This document shows positions 41,244 through 49,203 of a stretch of 49,203 bases of DNA, piece by piece (position 1 is the first letter of the stretch; every line of letters starts with the position of its first letter). Made by a program: the position numbers and the translations under genes. Source of the stretch: Bugula neritina (Eukaryota > Animalia > Bryozoa); assembly GCA_964035545.1 (NCBI GenBank), contig CAXIUT010000246.1:1-49203 (forward strand), given 5' to 3'. Under the pieces are notes generated by a model. The model saw only the letters and a program-made list of their open reading frames with translations, searched no databases and was not told the DNA's origin.

Positions 41244-43143
41244 ATGGACGAAGGGAAACAAACTGATAAAGAGGCAAATATCGACCAAGCCATCATCTAA
41301 GAAAAGATTACCAAAACTAACGGATAAGTAGTCATCAAAAAGTACTCTAAAGGAAAAGCTCTTGGAAGAGGAGGCTTTGCTAAGTGTTATGAAGTGACCA
41401 ACTTATAAACCAAAAAAATATCTGCAGCCAAAATAATTGCTAAAAGTTCTCTGAATCGTTCAAGAGCTAAACAGAAAGTAATAATCATGTCATTCAGTTG
41501 ATTACTTAAATTAAAATTCACAAATCCCTAAGTCATCATACCATCGTTAAGTTCTAACATGTGTTTTAAGACCATGAAAATGTCTATATTTTGTTGGAAA
41601 TCTGTTCCAATCAGACTCTGAATGAACTAATCAAGAGACGTAAGCGTCTAACAGAAATGGAAGTCATGTATTACTTACATCAAATCACTAACTCTTTAGT
41701 CTATCTTCATCAAAACAAAGTCATCCATAGAGAGTATTGCTTCTTTAACTTAGTTTGAAACTTGGAAATCTCTTCCTTAACGATAATATGGAAATCAAAC
41801 TTGGAGATTTTGGGCTAGCAACAAGACTATAATATAATGAAGAAAAAAAGAAGACTATCTGTGGAACTCCTAACTATATCGCTCCCTAAATTCTTTAAGG
41901 AAAAGGACATTCTTACGAAGTTGATATCTGGTCAGTTGGTGTTATCATGTACTTATAACTCTATTTAGTTATACTCAATTGATAGGTAAACCTCCATTTT
42001 AAACTCCTGAAGTTAAAACTACATACAAAAAAATCAAAGCTTGTAGTTATAGTTTCCCTTAACATGTTACTATTTCTGAAAATGCAAGAAATCTTATAAG
42101 CAAAATATTAGTTTTAGACCCTTCGAAAAGACCAAGTCTTGAAGACATTCTCAGTGATCCTTTTATGAGTGATCCTATTCCAAAAACAATCCCAAGAAGT
42201 ACTTTAGCCTGTCCTCCGGCTAAAAACTTTACTGACCAATACACTAAAACATCTCAAGGAACTCAACCAGCAGCCAGTCAACAACTATCTCAAAAACCAA
42301 GTACAAGCAATTTTGAAAAGGTAAGAAACAAAGAAGTTTAAAAAGAATTTAAACCTTTAAGCAAAGAAGTTGCTACTTCTAAGGTACCTTAAAACTTTGG
42401 ATCAAGTGGAAGTAATTTTAGATCATCTTCTAAAGATATAAAACAACCAAGCAATAAAAACATTCCTTTTAAAGCTTAGCCAACATCTAGTAAAAAAGGT
42501 ATATATCTCATAATATATAGAAAAAGGAACAGTTCATTCTGAAATTCATGTTAAGAAATGGGTAGATTACTCAACTAAATACGGATTAGGTTATTTACTT
42601 TCAGATGGCTCAACAGGTGTTTATTTCAATGACTCAACAAAGATAATAGTAGACCGCAATGGATAAAACTTCTAATACATCTAAAAGAAGCAAGGAGACA
42701 AAGCTGACACAATAACTCCATATAAAATGAGTGAATATCCATCAGAAAGATAGCTCCAAAAGAAAGTGACCTTACTTCAACACTTCAGAAACTATCTATA
42801 TGCTGATTCCAAGATATAATTCGATAAATAAACAGCTCCTGATAGCAGCTATTGCTATGTTAAAAAATGGATGAAAACCAAACATGCCATCATGTTCAGA
42901 TTAAGCAATAAAATTGTCCAAGTCAACTTCACAGATAAAACCTAAATTATCTTGTCCAGCTAACAAAAACTAGTTACCTACATCAACTTGAAAGGATAAC
43001 GTAGTTAGTATCCTCTAGCTACTGCTCTTGATAGCAAAAACGCAGAAATGGCCAAAAGACTTAAATATACAAAAGAAATTCTCACTCACATGCTCAATGG
43101 TACTAATGTACCCACCAACACCGGAGCATAAGATCTCAACTGA
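41244..43143 (+). CDS. PLK1: Polo-like kinase
   Basis: [39 protein letters not shown]; polo boxes [14 protein letters not shown] and [23 protein letters not shown]; introns at 41478-41497, 41734-41753, 41949-41968, 42499-42520. Confidence 0.97.
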
Positions 43144-43183
43144 TCCTCATTCATTAAATTTATTCAATTATTAAAAATATCAA

Positions 43184-45154
43184 TCAAATAATATCATTAT
43201 AATACAAATGAATCTACTCATAGGAATCCTTTTAATCTATTCCACCTTTTGTTTCACTGTATAGATCAACAATATCCATAATGGATATCGCAATATCTAC
43301 AAAGGAAAAGTTACTATCAAAAATACTAACTTGCTTCTCCACGATTATGTACTTTTTTATCTAAAAGAAACTCACAAAATATGAACTTACTTCAGAATAA
43401 ATCGAGTTTTTAAAAGTATAAACAACCAGTATTTCACTTAATTTTGATAATTTTGTGAGACAATACTAAGAAGAAGAACTAGACCCATCCGCACCTTTAC
43501 TCACATTTAGATACTTTAATCGTATATTTCTCTTAAAACAGAACCAACTATAGTTTTAACCTTGTCTTCTGAAGAATAAAAAGATGACTAAGTCCAAATT
43601 CTTCACTTGATTGTGCCACTTGGAAAAGATATGAATGATTTAGATATGTGAATAAGATTCTTAATACTATCATTACCACTCTTAGTCTAAAAACTATCTG
43701 ATTTTCCATAGTATCTAATCTGAGAGTTTGTCTTTAGGTTGATGCAAAGATGGCTCTGCAATAAAGTCATAATGCATGTTATTGATTTTATAATTCGATT
43801 ATAAGACAGTTCTCACTCTCTATATGATAGATCCACTCAAACTGAGCTAATCAACAGTATGACCTTCAATCTCCTTCAACAATTAAAGGTATAACTCATA
43901 GTTTCTTTGTTTTATTTTTTGTCTATGCATTTCAGAATTGCTTCTAAATTTTCCAATTTCTTGAATATTATCAGAACTGATAACTTTGTAATTTTTACGT
44001 CGAATATCGCTAGTTAAAGGTCTATCGTTCTTTAGATAGTGAACCATTTTCTTATAATCATCCTTTTTATGGCTTTTAGTCTTATAAAAATTACCCATAG
44101 TCGATATCACCTCCCTAGAATAATTCTCACTTCTAGTAAAAGTTCTTTAAGCATTTATTGATACATTCTATTCTTGTTTCACAGAATGAGTTTTCTTTCT
44201 TTTCATATTTTTACTGAATGTTCTCTTTCCCAGACCTTTAGTCAAATGACTATGATTTATATTTTGACTGATAAAAATATCTTAATGGTCATCTTTTTTC
44301 TTTTCACTACCCTGAACTTCACATCTTGGACATGAAAAATGAACTTATTTCTCTTTTTTGTCTGTCTAAGAATGAATTAAAGTTCCTCTGGAAGCAGTCG
44401 CCTATTTCTATCTGATAGGTGAACTAATATCTCGATTCCTTTTATGTTTAATTTTAGAATGAAGACCAATTATTGACTAAAATTTATTTTATATTGAAGA
44501 CAAATTAATACTATAATTAGTTTTATCTTTTTTAGACATAGTGCCTTCTAAGTAGTCACTCCACTTGGGTAGAATTTGCATTTATTTTTCTGGTAGACTA
44601 TTTTCCATAGATATGAATCTGGGTCTTGTTTAACTAATAGATTATTTATTTTTTTACTAAAAACGTACTTTTCTATTAGAATTAATTTTAATCATTTATA
44701 AGTTTTTTTAGCTTTCTTTTAAATCATCTCCCATTTGCAAATTATCATCATGTTTATATTTTTACTAGAACTGCTGCAATAGTTTATAGAGGACAGGATT
44801 TCTCATTTTATGTCTTCTTTTTTATGTTTTTTTGAATAAATTATTGTATTTATTCTACAACTTCTAGTTCTGTAACCTCCTACGATAAACCTCCACTTTA
44901 TCCTTATAACCCAAATGAGCAGTCGTCTACTCCTAGTTTTATTACTCAGATATAGAAGGTACTGTATAAGATTAAGAATCGATCTTGTAGTACTTTTTCC
45001 TATCATTATATATCTATATAACATATGTCTTTACATTTCCCATATTTTAAATTTGCTCCTGGTCGATCAAAGATACCCTCAAGTGAGCTTCATTGGTCTT
45101 CAAATCTTTAACAAACTTCAACTTTCCTCGATTATATGGATACACTTGCCACAT
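43184..45154 (-). CDS. Hypothetical protein
   Basis: MWQVYPYNRGKLKFVK... long K/E/R-rich frames including the 43883 ORF; ends HLYYNDII-TGA. Confidence 0.5.
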
Positions 45155-45212
45155 TTTTATTTTATATAACTTTAATACTAATAATAATAATGAAATTACA
45201 ATTTACATCAGT

Positions 45213-46966
45213 TCAAGGCAAATCCTACAACTACACATCATTGTTACGAATTGATCGTAAAATCAATAATAAATTCTATGGAATCCCTTGCATCCTTGTA
45301 AACCTTTGCAACATAGCCTAACGATGACTACTTCTATTCTCACCTTCAAGAGCTATCTTTCTCTTTGCAGCTTGATGAGTACTCTAAATATATAATAATT
45401 TACTATTAGCATTAACTGTCTTCCGCTTTCGTAAATAACAGAATTAGAAGGTCCAACACTTTATATAGTTACACTCTATCCCTCAAATTTATGTTTATAG
45501 ACTATTTTACCAGATTTCAAACTAAAATAGTAGATATAATTTTGCCAGTTAAAACATCTCAACCACTATGGACTCATCACATGACTCATGCCCAAGATCT
45601 TACCCATCAAACTATTGTTCTAGTCATAAGAAAATAACCCTATTGGAAAATCACGCAGGTTCAAATAATGTCTTGATCTTTCCATCATACAACCACTGTT
45701 ATTTAATTTGATTATCTAGTATTCTAAAGAAGGAGATTCTTTTGAACATTCTGACCTATCACCTCGATATTTGCTCTAGAATGAACGAGCTATAAGTAAT
45801 ATTAAGTAGTTTTTACATTTAGAGTTCATAAGTTCTTATATGCGAAATAATTTTTAAGTTTACCAAAAGACACCAGCTTTCTAAACAAGACCATCAAATT
45901 TAATGACATATTTTTGATTTTGAGTCAACCCATAATAATTATCATATTGATTATCCATCTAGCTCATCAACAACTTCATTTTCTAAGATTGCAAAGTCAT
46001 AGTGATAGTTTTCAAAGGCTAGTTGATAGGAAACATTAACTTATGCTAAATTATAAACTACATTCCCTTAAGAACAATTTTAACAGCCATAAATTTATTT
46101 TGACTACAAGATAAAACATAAATGATATGTTTTCTAGCATCCCCTGCAAAATAAATAGAATGATAAAGTATCTAATCTTTCCCCATCTTAATATCCTGAA
46201 GATTCTATAACGAAGATACCTGGTAAAACATCAACTTGTTTCTTTTTGTCAACAAAACCACCATGTCATCATTCAACCATCTCACACTCACCACCTTCTA
46301 TCTTGGTTATAGTTTTATCATACTCGGTCTGCTGTCACTAGCTTATAGAATATACAGATTATTATGGTTATCTAGCATGCATAGATTCTATTTTTAGTCA
46401 ATATCTATCAACTAAATATATTTGCTCTACAAGCCCAACTATAAAACTCTATGGATAGGAATCTGTATCTTCACTTTCACACTAAATAACTCCTGAATTG
46501 ATTTCTATACCTCGTAGTACTCTTTCATGCCCTTATACCCTCTTTTCTAGACCAACATATCCCCATCATCTTACTACTAAGGCATCATTGATGATAAATA
46601 ACTGATCATCGACTAATAATCTTTGGATTAGTGGATTATTTAATTTATTCTGGTTTGGATGTCAGTTTATTGTTATTTTACTAATTTTATTTTATTAGAA
46701 TCTTAAGGATTCGTAGCTGTTTTTTTATTAAACTAATTCTAAAAAACACTTAAAGTGTTCTTCAATCCAAGAGTATCTAATAAACATTTTATAAAATTTT
46801 GTTGTTTAAGTAAATGACCATTAGATTATTATTCTTGATTAACATTCTCATTGATTTCATGTTATTATATTTATTAGTTAAGAATGAGAGAAGAAACACT
46901 TTTATTTTATTAACTTTTCATTTTGGTCTATTTCTTTTATGTTTATTATGCACTATCCTATATCAT
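45213..46966 (-). CDS. Hypothetical protein with LisH-like motif and possible degenerate beta-propeller
   Basis: FIKCLLDTLGLKNTLSVFENEF is LisH-like; long TGA-free minus frame (~45500-46600) with VVSVRWLNDDMVVLLT. Confidence 0.45.
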
Positions 46967-47020
46967 AATTTTATAAGTTTTTATATTAGAAAAGATAATT
47001 ATAAAATAAAAACTAATTGA

Positions 47021-48277
47021 TCACTATTCTTCTTATTATACGTAAGATCCATACTATTAGTAATCTTAATCGGTCGGTTGCATATATTAAGAAGCCAAAT
47101 CATTCATATTAGACTATACCTCAGTAAATTCCATCTAGTCCATTCCAGCAGACATATAGTAATGAATAAAAGCTTTTCTTCTAAAACTATTTGTAAACTT
47201 TTAACCTATTTTGCTAAATATATGTTTAGAATGATAGCCATTGTAAAATATTGTTGCGCTTTATTCCTTCAAAGGAGAATGCATACTCAAATGACTATTG
47301 CCTGGTAGCCATTAGATATACTTATAATTTTTTTTATTAAATTAACTTTGAAATTCAGTCAATATCTCAGTTTATGAACGCCAATTGGTTCTCATTCCAA
47401 TATATGTATTAAAAAAACTATTATCATTTGATAGATAATTACTCAAAAAACAATTTTTAGGGTCCAAAGCCGAAACAAAAAGATTTTATCCTGATTTGTA
47501 TCTACTACTACTAAAAGATAAAAAATGCATTCTAGGAAATAAAACCATATTAGTAGCCAACTTCCTTTGACTAGTATTCAACTCCCCTCCAAACCGATAA
47601 GCAATAGTAGAATCAGCAATAGTCGTTCCTATCTTAGCATTCACATCCTCAAGAGAAGGTTTAATATTTCCATCCGCCAACAACATCGGATACACAGCTG
47701 CTGAGTCAAATAGGAAAGTCATATCTACATATTATGCCTCATAGAAAATACCAAATACAGTATTGTAGATCTATATCGGATGAGTATATTGATTGATTTA
47801 AGGGAGTTGCCTGAAAGTTTGAAAGATAGGCGATGGATGGTTCTATCTCATGATTGTTTACACTTGACATGTCAAACCACAACTTGAGCCTTCTGATAAT
47901 GATGATATCAACAAAAATCCTGATATGTTATCGCACATCTACACCTATTTCAATAACTTATCTGAGATTTAATCTTTATATGTTGAATCTAGCCTATAAC
48001 GAGATTCTCCATAAATTCCTTTCGAAAAAGTGTTGGCATTGAAGATATTTTACTTTCTGTCAAAGGGATATTCTGAAGGTTTTTATTTTTGTGGGAAGGT
48101 ATGATTAAGATCAAAAGATAAAGATCTAGGATAAATACTAGCTGATTTTTAATTAAAGAAAGATCGAATAATGCCCTTTGGCTATTCATTTTAGAAATGC
48201 TGCTTTTTAAGTATTTTCCAAAATGACTATGAAATAGAGATGCCAGTTTGTCCTATATTAATGTTAATTATATCCAT
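47021..48277 (-). CDS. Divergent beta-tubulin-like protein (418 aa)
   Basis: Intronless intact ORF: MDIININIGQTG, RFGGELNTSQRKLATNMVLFPRMHF, EWLP, FRRKAFIHYY..GMDEMEFTEVESNMNDLASEY, acidic tail VEEEEE-TGA. Confidence 0.9.
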
Positions 48278-48407
48278 CTTTATAATATCAATAAACCAAC
48301 CCGATAAAAACCTTTTTATTACTTTTTTTGTTAATTGTTAATTGATAATTGTCAGGTTTAAATACTGTTTTGAGATTATATTCAACACTTTATATCATAT
48401 ATTTATC

Positions 48408-48994
48408 ATGGCCTCAATCCTCAGGAAAGCAGCCAACTATAAACGGATAAGTACGGTTCTCATCGAAGGAGAAGCTCACCTCAAGGACCCACTCATGCCT
48501 CCACCTCAAATCCTAAAACCAATCTAAACATCCAAAAGTCCTTCCCCTGATGATGTCACCGACTTCCCAGCATACAAAACAATACCCATTCCATAAAGCA
48601 TTCCCTACAGATAAGGAAAATATCGTCCTCCCAGTATTCCCTTCATTCAAGGTACTAGTGTCGTCATCCAGGATGGTTCCCTTACAATACATACCTGCAA
48701 CAGGGCAAAGTGTACAGTTGGTGTGCTTGCGGTATGAGTCTAACGAATCCCAGCTGTGATGGTACATGCAATGCAGCAGTCACTCGATGCAGACCAGTTT
48801 CTTTCAATGTTAGTGAGAGCGGATACTATAAGTTATGTAATTGCAAAAATTCAGCTAATGCACCCTTCTGCAACGGCACTCACAGAGAAATGATAAAGTT
48901 CCATCATAAGACTCACAGAGGATTCTACTAGATTTGGGGAGATATTTCATTCTGGCTAGGATTCGTATATATGTACTGGAATTGGTATACGTGA
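48408..48994 (+). CDS. Mitochondrial CDGSH iron-sulfur protein (CISD3/MiNT-like; possible ciliate complex IV Fe-S subunit)
   Basis: WCACGMSLTNPSCDGTC and LCNCKNSANAPFCNGTH domains, basic N-terminus MASILRKAA, C-terminal aromatic TM segment; one 1-nt indel near 48650. Confidence 0.85.
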
Positions 48995-49099
48995 TCCAAT
49001 ATCAATCTAATAGATCATCAAGTATCCTTAATAGATCATACCTATCATAATCAACTATTATTCATATTTATTAATTTATATATTTTAAATAAAATTGAA

Positions 49100-49203
49100 G
49101 GGGTTGGGGTTGGGGTTGGGGTTGGGGTTGGGGTTGGGGTTGGGGTTGGGGTTGGGGTTGGGGTTGGGGTTGGGGTTGGGGTTGGGGTTGGGGTTGGGTT
49201 GGG
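49100..49203 (+). repeat. Right telomere, (GGGGTT)n
   Basis: About 17 GGGGTT units at the 3' end. Confidence 0.98.

Noticed and set aside
41244-48277. Split code with TAA and TAG meaning different amino acids, or the UAR=Gln code
   Set aside because: Both codons occupy invariant Glu positions, and conserved Gln sites use CAA or CAG
736-48931. Short ORFs in the supplied standard-code track
   Set aside because: Most are antisense or off-frame artefacts, or fragments of real genes cut at TAA/TAG, which encode Glu here
49080-49100. Conserved chromosome-breakage motif next to telomeres (GAA/TTGAA)
   Set aside because: The two outer ends share GAA(G) before the repeats, but the two internal ends lack it at the same offset; four AT-rich ends are too few to support a motif
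1-49203. tRNA, rRNA, transposon or CRISPR features
   Set aside because: No cloverleaf or T-loop motifs, rRNA-like blocks, terminal inverted repeats, transposase motifs or spaced repeats were seen by eye; tRNAscan-SE and Infernal were not run

Overview
AT-rich ciliate macronuclear DNA with C4A2/G4T2 telomeres at both ends and two internal G4T2 tracts (29328-29409, 30100-30177). Conserved motifs show that TAA and TAG both encode Glu and that TGA is the only stop (NCBI table 30, peritrich-type code). This explains why the supplied standard-code ORF track is fragmented. Read in table 30, the window is almost fully coding, with about 28 genes, GT-AG introns of 20-22 nt and spacers as short as 23 bp. 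Recognisable products are POC1, TTC1, an RPA70-family protein, a RanBP2 zinc-finger protein, a SAM/FHA protein, a CRAL-TRIO protein, an HP1-like chromodomain protein, an F-box/LRR protein, CAF1/POP2, a kelch protein, a DUF1765-like protein, Ap4A phosphorylase, CASC1/DNAI7, a Polo-like kinase, a divergent beta-tubulin-like protein, a CDGSH Fe-S protein and two PG-rich (SHIPPO) repeat proteins. Bases 1-29409 look like a complete ~29 kb minichromosome. The rest consists of two chromosome-end fragments joined on through telomeres, either as an artefactual chimera or as a real fusion. Scattered 1-nt indels, probably read errors, make some gene boundaries approximate. All translations and family assignments were done by eye, with no database search.
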